Under the pieces are notes generated by a model, which was not told where the DNA came from, did no database searches, and saw only the letters and a list, made by a program, of their open reading frames with translations. Below, in pieces: positions 28,650-35,243 of a stretch of DNA of 35,243 nucleotides; within the stretch, counting starts at the first letter, position 1, and each line of letters opens with the position of its first letter. The position numbers were made by a program, and so were the translations under genes. The DNA is from a virus. Taxonomy: Duplodnaviria > Caudoviricetes. The stretch spans positions 1 to 35,243 of IMG/VR virus record IMGVR_UViG_3300043932_000168; one strand, written 5' to 3'.

Positions 28650-28790
28650 TCACCCCCAAAAGTGTTTCCAGTCTGCCGTCCACAGTTGGCGTAAAACCAA
28701 TGCAGTAACACCACCGACCACTCCGGCAATCAGCCACTGCGGAATAAATAGTTCTGCCACTCTAGCACCTGATGTTAAATAGATCGTCAT
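28650..28790 (-). CDS. 46-aa hydrophobic peptide, not in ORF track
   Basis: MTIYLTSGARVAELFIPQWLIAGVVGGVTALVLRQLWTADWKHFWG*; GGAGG RBS. Confidence 0.65.
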   Translation of the reverse strand: MTIYLTSGARVAELFIPQWLIAGVVGGVTALVLRQLWTADWKHFWG

Positions 28791-28812
28791 TAATTTCCTC
28801 CAATCGCTATCC

Positions 28813-28830
28813 TGTGACGTGTGCCCCACG
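28813..28830. repeat. 18-bp motif TGTGACGTGTGCCCCACG, copy 1
   Basis: Identical to 33632-33649; intergenic, just after the xis-like stop. Confidence 0.95.
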
Positions 28831-28838
28831 TTATTTGA

Positions 28839-29132
28839 TCACCATCTAGCAATTATTTTTCTAATAGCCTGTTCGGCTTCGTCCGGGAAATACAAAATCT
28901 TTTTTGCTTTACGTCCATCTTCTTGTGGTGCACGGTGCTCGATGATTCGCATCTCAGGCTGATTTGCAAAATGATTACGGAAATACGAATCACTAACACA
29001 CATAATTTCTTCCAATCGTTTTTGGTCAACTGTGAGATAGGTTAGCTTGATATCCGCCAGTAATGGTTCAATCATTCGTCTAGCTTCATTTCTAGCAATT
29101 TCGTCAAAATGCTCCGTTACTGATTCCGTCAT
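28839..29132 (-). CDS. Putative excisionase / winged-HTH protein
   Basis: Position after antirepressor; wHTH-like pattern DQKRLEEIMCVSDSYFR...KKILY. Confidence 0.5.
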   Translation of the reverse strand: MTESVTEHFDEIARNEARRMIEPLLADIKLTYLTVDQKRLEEIMCVSDSYFRNHFANQPEMRIIEHRAPQEDGRKAKKILYFPDEAEQAIRKIIARW

Positions 29133-29143
29133 GTGGTCACCAC

Positions 29144-29860
29144 CTAGTCGAATAATTCGCCTTGTGCATTTTGATTAGCAATTTCCAATCGAGTTTCCGT
29201 ATTTGGCAACCAAGCTTCGATATAGCGAATACCTTCATCAAACTTAATTCGTGGCAATTCGCCATAACGTGGAATTTGGAAGTAGCGTTTGAAATCATGC
29301 CAGCACTGCTGAAATACCGAGGAGCTGAGCTTACCGTACGCCGGAGCCTTTTTTCCGCCGATGATTTGTAACACATGGCTATTGACCGCAGATTGCAACT
29401 GCTGTTCTTGCACACCTGAAACCCGCATTGTGTCTTCCAAATTGGTGACACGATCGTCAATTTCAAGTACTGCTCTATTCATCAGTTTAAGTTGCTGGAC
29501 AGCAGTTAAAGGCTTCTGCGATTTTGGCTGTGGGCTAAAATAATGTTCTTCAAGCTCATCAAATACATCCCATGCCTGATCTGTCCCAAGCATTTTGGAA
29601 TGGCGGGAAGCACCACGTTTCGTCCAAAGATAAAGATGCGAGCTTCTTGGTGCGACCAGGTCGCTATTTGCGACTTGGTTCTTAAAACTCTTGAGTTGCT
29701 TGCCTTCAAGCAAGTAATAGTGTTTTTGCTCAATGAATTTATCTCGATTCCGGTTAAAATTTTCTTTAATCCGATTAATCGTGGTGCCATAGAATTTGGC
29801 TAACTGTTCAGTAGTTAAAATCAACTCATTGTTAAATTTAATTTGGGGTAATTCTTCCAA
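29144..29860 (-). CDS. Antirepressor, ORF6N + ORF6C domains
   Basis: LTTEQLAKFYGT...NFNRN...LWTKRGASRHSKMLGTD; C-terminal KRYFQIPRYGELPR.KF. Confidence 0.9.
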   Translation of the reverse strand: MEELPQIKFNNELILTTEQLAKFYGTTINRIKENFNRNRDKFIEQKHYYLLEGKQLKSFKNQVANSDLVAPRSSHLYLWTKRGASRHSKMLGTDQAWDVFDELEEHYFSPQPKSQKPLTAVQQLKLMNRAVLEIDDRVTNLEDTMRVSGVQEQQLQSAVNSHVLQIIGGKKAPAYGKLSSSVFQQCWHDFKRYFQIPRYGELPRIKFDEGIRYIEAWLPNTETRLEIANQNAQGELFD

Positions 29861-29910
29861 AATAAAACCTTCTTCCTATCTGTGTCAGACTAAAAAAGAA
29901 AAAATAGTTG

Positions 29911-29927
29911 CGTAAGTTTCACTTACG
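29911..29927. promoter_or_regulatory. Operator-like inverted repeat upstream of antirepressor
   Basis: CGTAAGT-TTC-ACTTACG, same half-site as the switch operators. Confidence 0.55.
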
Positions 29928-29946
29928 TTGTAAGATATAAGAAAAG

Positions 29947-30159
29947 CTAAACGGTAATCAAAAAATCCACATCAAATAAACTTTCTATAGGTGTTTCAAG
30001 TATCTTGGACAATTTGATTGCTGTTATAAAACTTGGTTTGTTCCGGCCTGTCTCAATGTTTCTATAGGCCGTTTCCGTAAGCTTTAGCTTTTCAGCTATA
30101 TCACGTTGCGTAAATTGTTTGCGTTCCCGAACAGAACGCAGAGAAGCACGTCTAACCAT
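29947..30159 (-). CDS. Cro-like XRE HTH regulator
   Basis: TQRDIAEKL...IETGRNKPS; divergent from CI; AAAGGAGG RBS. Confidence 0.9.
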   Translation of the reverse strand: MVRRASLRSVRERKQFTQRDIAEKLKLTETAYRNIETGRNKPSFITAIKLSKILETPIESLFDVDFLITV

Positions 30160-30187
30160 GGCTTACCTCCTTTCGTTGTGTTTAGCA

Positions 30188-30234
30188 TCACTTACGTAAG
30201 TGAGTATAGCATGTGTTTTCCACTTACGCAAGTG
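30188..30234. promoter_or_regulatory. Genetic-switch operators between cro and cI
   Basis: Perfect 16-bp palindrome TCACTTACGTAAGTGA (30188-30203) and CACTTACGCAAGTG (30221-30234). Confidence 0.8.
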
Positions 30235-30260
30235 TAAAAATAATTTTAGGAGGAATTTTT

Positions 30261-30725
30261 TTGTCAACTTTTGGTCAACGCTTAAAGGATCTGCGACGGG
30301 CAGCGCATTTAACCCAAGCCCAACTTGCAAAATATTTAGATATGACTCGCGAGAATATTTCATTATATGAGCATGATAAAAATAAAACTATTCCGGATCC
30401 GGTTATAAAAAAATTGTCAAATTTATTTAATGTTCCACCTTCATACTTGCGTTTAGAACAAGACATACCTTTTGAAGATTTACTCAAACTTGTACCTGCC
30501 GAAAAACTAGAATCGTATGATTTTATTGACGGCAAGTGGAAAGTTAAAACGAGTCTTAGTGGAAAGGAAATTGAAACTGATAATAACGATAAGGACGGTG
30601 AAAAGAAAAAAGCAGACTTGTCTGATATGATGCAAGACAAATCTACGATCATGGCGTGGCAAGGGCGTCCGATTCCGCCTGAAGAGCTTGAAATGATTCG
30701 GCGTATATTGGACGGTGGTAAATAG
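30261..30725 (+). CDS. CI/ImmR-like XRE repressor (no S24 autoprotease domain)
   Basis: FGQRLKDLR...TQAQLA...ISLYE HTH; TTG start with AGGAGG RBS. Confidence 0.9.
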   Translation: MSTFGQRLKDLRRAAHLTQAQLAKYLDMTRENISLYEHDKNKTIPDPVIKKLSNLFNVPPSYLRLEQDIPFEDLLKLVPAEKLESYDFIDGKWKVKTSLSGKEIETDNNDKDGEKKKADLSDMMQDKSTIMAWQGRPIPPEELEMIRRILDGGK

Positions 30726-31138
30726 TGGAAAATGATCTTTTAGAGTATCTGTTAAATTTTGCGTTAAACCATAAAATAGGGTTTGAATTAATGGATAAAG
30801 CCAATCCTGATTGGGTCCCTGTTTCAATTGCCGAACGTAGGCTTATTATTATTAATATGAACTGGCATAATAAGTGGGAAATACCCTTTCAAATTGCCCA
30901 TGAAATTAGCCATCTTTTGAATAATGATCAAGGTGTTCAGTATTATTCGTCTGTTGCTAATAAAGTGAAAATTGAAGGCAATGCTAATTCTTGTGCGATA
31001 GATATTTTTATCAATTACTACCGAACAAGAATTAGCGATGAGTGGATAAATCCAGTTACTTTTATGGAACATTTTGGTATCCCTTTAAATTTAGAGGATC
31101 TAGTAACCAATAAAATCTATAAAATTTCTGGAATATAA
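30725..31138 (+). CDS. ImmA/IrrE-family metallopeptidase
   Basis: AHEISH zinc motif and EGNAN; coupled to the repressor. Confidence 0.9.
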   Translation: MENDLLEYLLNFALNHKIGFELMDKANPDWVPVSIAERRLIIINMNWHNKWEIPFQIAHEISHLLNNDQGVQYYSSVANKVKIEGNANSCAIDIFINYYRTRISDEWINPVTFMEHFGIPLNLEDLVTNKIYKISGI

Positions 31139-31172
31139 AAAAGCCCCACTCCGCTGCCACGGAATGAGGTTA
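31137..31172 (-). terminator. Hairpin with minus-strand T-tract after immA
   Basis: A6 then imperfect stem (TCCG...CGGA core). Confidence 0.4.
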
Positions 31173-31224
31173 TCCAAAGTGATACGATCACAAATAAATT
31201 ATATCACTCTGGGGGGAAACTGAA

Positions 31225-32115
31225 ATGCTGACATTTTTATTGGTATTATTTTTTATAGGGATTATCGCAATTATCGTTGCTATTGGAATATTTATATATG
31301 ATTTAATTAAGTCTAAACCATTTAAAGTACCAATTATTGTTGCCATTGTTGGTCTTTTGTTAGCAATTGGTGGTTATCAGTTTGGGGAAAAATTGAATGC
31401 TAATCAGCAAGTTGCATTAGCAAAGAAATACAGTGAGTCATCATCCAAAGCTGCTAGTGAATCTGAAGCAGAAGAACCTGTTATTAAACTAGATGGCAAG
31501 GCAAAAAATTATACCGATTATTATTTTACGGCAAATTCAAATCGTCAGGCAATTGTTTCAGGCACTGCGACACATACTAAAACAATTAAATTACAAGAAA
31601 ACTTTGGCGATCTCAATGAAACCAAAATAAAAGTAAATTCAGACGGCACATTTTCAAAAACAATTACTTTACCTAAAGATAAGGCAAAAGCTTCTTATTA
31701 TCTAACTGCTGGTAACGATGAGATTGTTACGGCTCACATTAAATCTGTAAATTATGAAGCCGAACAAACTAGTATTGATCAAGCAAAAGCTTCTAGTCGT
31801 GCTGAATCATCTAGTAATAAATCTGCTACTAACGCCACAAAGTATCAAGCTAAGCTTAACAGCTTAAATAAAGGCACTGCAGAATCAGCAAGCTATGACG
31901 CTAGCACTAATACCGTCACATGGATTGGCTTTGATGACTGGAAAACTTGGAGCGACTCTGAGTTGCAAAAATCAATGGATCTATTGCAAACAATGACCTT
32001 ACGTCAAGAAACTAATTACAGAATTTCAAACGTTCACATTGTCGTACAATTGCCAGATGGCACCACGATCGCTAAAAATTCTGAAACTGACATGGATTTA
32101 CAATTTATTAAATGA
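31225..32115 (+). CDS. Membrane-anchored extracytoplasmic protein (candidate superinfection exclusion/lysogenic conversion)
   Basis: Two N-terminal TM helices, Ser-rich linkers, beta-rich middle domain; located between immA and int. Confidence 0.6.
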   Translation: MLTFLLVLFFIGIIAIIVAIGIFIYDLIKSKPFKVPIIVAIVGLLLAIGGYQFGEKLNANQQVALAKKYSESSSKAASESEAEEPVIKLDGKAKNYTDYYFTANSNRQAIVSGTATHTKTIKLQENFGDLNETKIKVNSDGTFSKTITLPKDKAKASYYLTAGNDEIVTAHIKSVNYEAEQTSIDQAKASSRAESSSNKSATNATKYQAKLNSLNKGTAESASYDASTNTVTWIGFDDWKTWSDSELQKSMDLLQTMTLRQETNYRISNVHIVVQLPDGTTIAKNSETDMDLQFIK

Positions 32116-32162
32116 GTTCAAGCTGAATATTACAAAATTATCGATTAACAATATTAAGGGAA

Positions 32163-33053
32163 GTGATGCATATTATCAAAGGGCTTAAGAAAGTTAGTTT
32201 TTTTGATAAACGGCTTTTTAATTGGTATAAAACTAACGTTGGCATTTGGTTAACAGCCATATCTTTTATTTGGGGATTTTTACAAAGTTGTGTTTCAGCT
32301 ACTGTTGCAGTATGGAGCTTAATAATCATTTTTATTATATTCTTTGGTGTTTATATTCATTTATGGAAGCATTTTAATCAATTAGATTCTACGAGTTTTG
32401 AAATAAACAATTCAACTGTTGAAATCAAATTTGGAGATTTTTTTAATGATAAATATATGAATAATAAGCAAATTGTGAAAGTGTTTAGTTTTAATGAATA
32501 TTTTGATACCAAAGTAAGTGAAGATATAATAGCTGCCAATACTTTGAATGGACAATTTCTTCTTAATGTAGTTACAAAAAGAAAAATATCTGAATTAGAT
32601 AAAAGAATAGCGAATGACCGCAATTTACGAGATCGAATAGTTGAAATTAATTCAAAACGACCGGACGGAAAAAAGACTAAATTTAAGTTAGGCAGCATAT
32701 TTAGATACTCTGAAGATATATTTCTCACAGCACTTTCAAAATTTGATTCTAACAATAGTGCTCGACTGACAACTCAGGAATATCTTGAGTTTTTAGTTAA
32801 TTTTTGGGATCAAGTTGATAAGTACTATGGTCAAAAAACTATTGTGATACCACTATTCGGATCAGGAATAACTCGAATTGATAATACTATTTACAATGAA
32901 CAAGACCTGTTAAAAATAATAATTTGGTCTTTTGCATTGAGAAGAATAAAATTCTCATACCCTGCAAAACTAGAAATTTTGCTTTCAGATCATTTAAAAG
33001 AAAAAATTAATTTATTTGAAATTAAGGAGATTGTTAAAAATGGTTTATCGTAA
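32163..33053 (+). CDS. thsA: Type II Thoeris effector ThsA-like (2 TM + macro domain)
   Basis: Two N-terminal TMs; EIKFGDFF, NEYFDT, TLNGQF, FKLGS and IPLFGSGITR motifs; adjacent to TIR gene. Confidence 0.82.
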   Translation: MMHIIKGLKKVSFFDKRLFNWYKTNVGIWLTAISFIWGFLQSCVSATVAVWSLIIIFIIFFGVYIHLWKHFNQLDSTSFEINNSTVEIKFGDFFNDKYMNNKQIVKVFSFNEYFDTKVSEDIIAANTLNGQFLLNVVTKRKISELDKRIANDRNLRDRIVEINSKRPDGKKTKFKLGSIFRYSEDIFLTALSKFDSNNSARLTTQEYLEFLVNFWDQVDKYYGQKTIVIPLFGSGITRIDNTIYNEQDLLKIIIWSFALRRIKFSYPAKLEILLSDHLKEKINLFEIKEIVKNGLS

Positions 33054-33510
33054 TAAAACTTATATTGCTTTTGACGGTGATAATGATATGACTTATTATC
33101 GAACATTACTTATGTGGAAAAATAATGGCAATATTGATTTTGACTTTTTCAATGCACACGATATTTGCAGTGCACGTGATTCCAGTTTAACTGAATCAAT
33201 AAAAGCATCCCTCCGGACACGATTACAAAATTCAAAGGTATTTTTGCTACTAATTGGTGATCATACTCGCTACTTAAGAAGATTTGTGGAGTGGGAAATT
33301 AAAGAAGCAATTAAAATGAAAATTCCAATTGTTGCTGCAAATATTAACGGATCAAACGGGATCGATTATTTATGCCCACCTGCCTTAAAAAATCAAACAG
33401 CTGTATTTGTTCCGTTCAAAGCATCTAATATTAATCACGCATTACATAACTGGCCTTCTTATTTAAAAAGCCATCCTAGTGCAAGTGGTCCATTTTCGTA
33501 CAATAAATAG
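33040..33510 (+). CDS. thsB: Thoeris ThsB-like TIR-domain protein
   Basis: TYIAFD...LRTRLQNSKVFLLLIG..T...FVEWEI...IPIV with catalytic-type Glu; ATG 33040 with AAGGAG RBS overlapping the thsA end. Confidence 0.88.
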   Translation: MVYRNKTYIAFDGDNDMTYYRTLLMWKNNGNIDFDFFNAHDICSARDSSLTESIKASLRTRLQNSKVFLLLIGDHTRYLRRFVEWEIKEAIKMKIPIVAANINGSNGIDYLCPPALKNQTAVFVPFKASNINHALHNWPSYLKSHPSASGPFSYNK

Positions 33511-33511
33511 T

Positions 33512-33551
33512 AAAAAAGCACATCCCCTCCCGCCAAGAAGTAAGATGTGCT
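33512..33551 (-). terminator. Hairpin with minus-strand T-tract between thsB and int
   Basis: AGCACATC (33517-33524) / GATGTGCT (33544-33551) preceded by an A-run. Confidence 0.5.
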
Positions 33552-33620
33552 AACCAAAATCACACGCTATTTAGCGCGCTATTTACATACATAATTTTAA
33601 CTTAAAGGAGGTGGTTTGAC

Positions 33621-33670
33621 AATCTCAACCTTGTGACGTGTGCCCCACGATAAAACAATGGAGTGAGATT
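33621..33670 (+). promoter_or_regulatory. Integrase leader hairpin covering the RBS; contains copy 2 of the 18-bp motif (33632-33649)
   Basis: AATCTCA/TGAGATT, TTGT/ACAA and CGTG/CACG nested pairings; GGAG at 33660-33663 lies in the 3' arm. Confidence 0.6.
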
Positions 33671-33671
33671 A

Positions 33672-34838
33672 ATGAGCAAAATTAAATATAGTAAAAAATA
33701 TAAGCATGTATTCAGTTATGATACCGTAAACGGAAAGCAATATGGTTTCCGTTTCCCCTATTATGATAACAACGAAGTTCGCCATGAAAAACAAAAACGT
33801 AAATTTGCAACCGAGGAATCTGCCTACAAAGCCTTATTAAAAATACAGCTAGATATTGCTAATAATAATATCGTTAGCGTATCATCCTCCGAATTGACGT
33901 TTGAAAAATGGGCTCGGCAATGGCTAGATTCGCGCAAAGGACTGATCAAGGACTCATCGTATTATTCGTACGATGTCAAATTGCGTAACCAGATTTATCC
34001 GCGCATTGGAGATCAAAAACTTTCTGAGCTAAATCTAGTCACCTATCAGCGGTTGATGATCAATCCGCTTGTGAGAAAGGGTCTGCTCAAAAAAACGATT
34101 GCTGCCTATCATCAGGTTGCTATGATCGTGGTCAATGCTGCTGTAGACAACGATATTATCACGCGGAACCGCCTGACAAAAGTTAAAATTCCTAATGTTG
34201 GAAAACTAGATCACCGCATTATGACCGAGAAAGAGCTACAAGCTTTTAATCGTGTATTGCGTTCCGCTCCGCTTCGCTTCCAGGCGCTGTTTATGCTGCT
34301 AGAATCCACTGGTATGCGTAGCGGTGAGGCGCTAGGCTTACGCTGGGAAGATATCGATTTTGAGAATCAAACTATCTCAATAAAAAGAACTCGTGATAAA
34401 TTTGGCGCTAGGAGTCCTAAAACTGAAAGTAGTAAAAGGACAATCACTGCAAATACAGATTTACTCTATACTCTGCAAAAATATCGCACTCAGACAATCG
34501 TAGACGCCCTAAAACGTGGCCGAGGTTCAACTATCAAGAACGATAGTTATGTGGTGCTGAGCCGCCTTCTGAACCCAATGAACGCTACCGAAATGCATCG
34601 TGCCTTAAAAGAACTTTTGAAATCGGCTGGGTTAAACAACTTAGTTGGGCATTTCACTGCGCATACTTTCCGCCATATGTATGGTTCGTATTTACTAGCA
34701 AGCGGAAAAAACGTTGTCGCAGTAAGCAGAGAACTTGGACACGAAAACCCAGCCATGACACTAAAAGTTTATAGTCATGTCATCCCAGGGCAAAAAGACA
34801 ACATGTCACAGGACTTTTTAAATATCATTAATTCGTGA
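33672..34838 (+). CDS. int: Tyrosine integrase
   Basis: TGMRSGE, K, HTFRH, LGH and Y catalytic residues; N-terminal arm-binding and SAM-like domains. Confidence 0.97.
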   Translation: MSKIKYSKKYKHVFSYDTVNGKQYGFRFPYYDNNEVRHEKQKRKFATEESAYKALLKIQLDIANNNIVSVSSSELTFEKWARQWLDSRKGLIKDSSYYSYDVKLRNQIYPRIGDQKLSELNLVTYQRLMINPLVRKGLLKKTIAAYHQVAMIVVNAAVDNDIITRNRLTKVKIPNVGKLDHRIMTEKELQAFNRVLRSAPLRFQALFMLLESTGMRSGEALGLRWEDIDFENQTISIKRTRDKFGARSPKTESSKRTITANTDLLYTLQKYRTQTIVDALKRGRGSTIKNDSYVVLSRLLNPMNATEMHRALKELLKSAGLNNLVGHFTAHTFRHMYGSYLLASGKNVVAVSRELGHENPAMTLKVYSHVIPGQKDNMSQDFLNIINS

Positions 34839-34840
34839 AC

Positions 34841-34898
34841 GCTGTGGTAAGTGCTGTGGTAAGTGCTGTGGTAAGTGCTGTGGTAAGTGCTGTGGTAA
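34841..34898. repeat. Tandem 12-bp GCTGTGGTAAGT x4 plus 10-bp partial; probable integrase arm-type sites
   Basis: Begins 3 bp after the int stop. Confidence 0.85.
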
Positions 34899-35082
34899 CT
34901 GATTAAAAATAAGTAAAAAAAGATTGCTAAGGGGCGGTATTAAAGCAATTAAAAATCTTTTGAAATATAAATTTACTTTACAGCGATCAGATGCCGCTAT
35001 ATTAGCATTTGTTTGCTGTAATGCGGTTTTTAGCTTTTGGCAAATAAATAGATTTTTATGAATCGTTTTGTATTTTCGCTGT

Positions 35083-35105
35083 CTGTGGTAAGTACTGTGG
35101 TAAGT
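35083..35105. repeat. Second pair of CTGTGGTAAGT sites (arm-type)
   Basis: 35083-35093 and 35095-35105; same orientation and 12-bp period as the first cluster. Confidence 0.85.
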
Positions 35106-35120
35106 TTTAAAAAAATAAAT

Positions 35121-35137
35121 GGGCACACGATCACAAG
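35121..35137 (-). repeat. Inverted imperfect copy 3 of the int-leader motif
   Basis: Reverse complement CTTGTGATCGTGTGCCC versus CTTGTGACGTGTGCCC at 33630-33645 (one inserted base). Confidence 0.75.
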
Positions 35138-35213
35138 TTTTCTTACATAGTTAAAAAATAAATCACTCCTTTTGCGTAATTTAAGTATATAAAGTAAAAG
35201 GAGCGATTTTATT

Positions 35214-35243
35214 ATGCAAATTATCTACTTGCTTAACAATGTA
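35214..35243 (+). CDS. Possible start of a gene truncated by window edge
   Basis: AAAAGGAG RBS then ATG; MQIIYLLNNV... Confidence 0.4.
   Translation, partial: MQIIYLLNNV

Larger units (their letters stand above)
1..35137. mobile_element. Temperate HK97-type siphovirus-like prophage/phage, incomplete at the left (distal tail and lysis genes outside window)
   Basis: Canonical module order integrase-lysogeny-replication-packaging-head-tail. The right boundary is approximate because the att core was not identified. Confidence 0.96.

Noticed and set aside
30163-30363. 66-aa minus ORF across the switch region
   Set aside because: Antisense to cI and runs over the operators; no RBS
31184-31193. 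ACGATCACAA, matching part of motif copy 3
   Set aside because: Only 10 bp and lacks the GGGCAC half; could be chance
28813-33649. 18-bp direct repeats as attL/attR of a nested element
   Set aside because: The enclosed segment is the phage's own immunity module and excludes int; a regulatory role fits better, though RecT-mediated deletion is not excluded
34841-34898. CRISPR-like array
   Set aside because: 12-bp units with no spacers and no cas genes
34818-35126. 102-aa minus-strand ORF with PQHL repeats
   Set aside because: Translation by-product of the 12-bp DNA repeats; no RBS or coding signal

Overview
The window is most of a temperate, HK97-type, long-tailed (siphovirus-like) prophage or phage of a low-GC Firmicute; gene content suggests Lactobacillaceae (inference). 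Read right to left: an att-like region with 12-bp repeats, a tyrosine integrase, and an AT-rich cargo cassette (membrane protein plus a TM-macro/TIR pair matching type II Thoeris). Next come ImmA/CI/Cro, an ORF6N-ORF6C antirepressor, a Xis-like gene, YqaJ/RecT recombination, DnaD/DnaC replication with an iteron origin, and an accessory region that includes a nucleotidyltransferase. Then ArpU with late-promoter repeats, HNH, terminases, portal, protease, capsid, connectors and tail genes. The left end is a truncated GH43-like/SGNH fusion gene that the ORF track missed. No lysis genes are in the window. The most unusual signal is an 18-bp motif (TGTGACGTGTGCCCCACG). It occurs just after the xis-like gene, at the apex of a hairpin covering the integrase RBS, and (inverted, imperfect) beside the att repeats. 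Two probable -1 frameshifts (capsid-Ig and tail chaperone) are also visible. Family names come from motif recognition and synteny only; no searches were run. Several starts were moved from the ORF track to RBS-supported codons.
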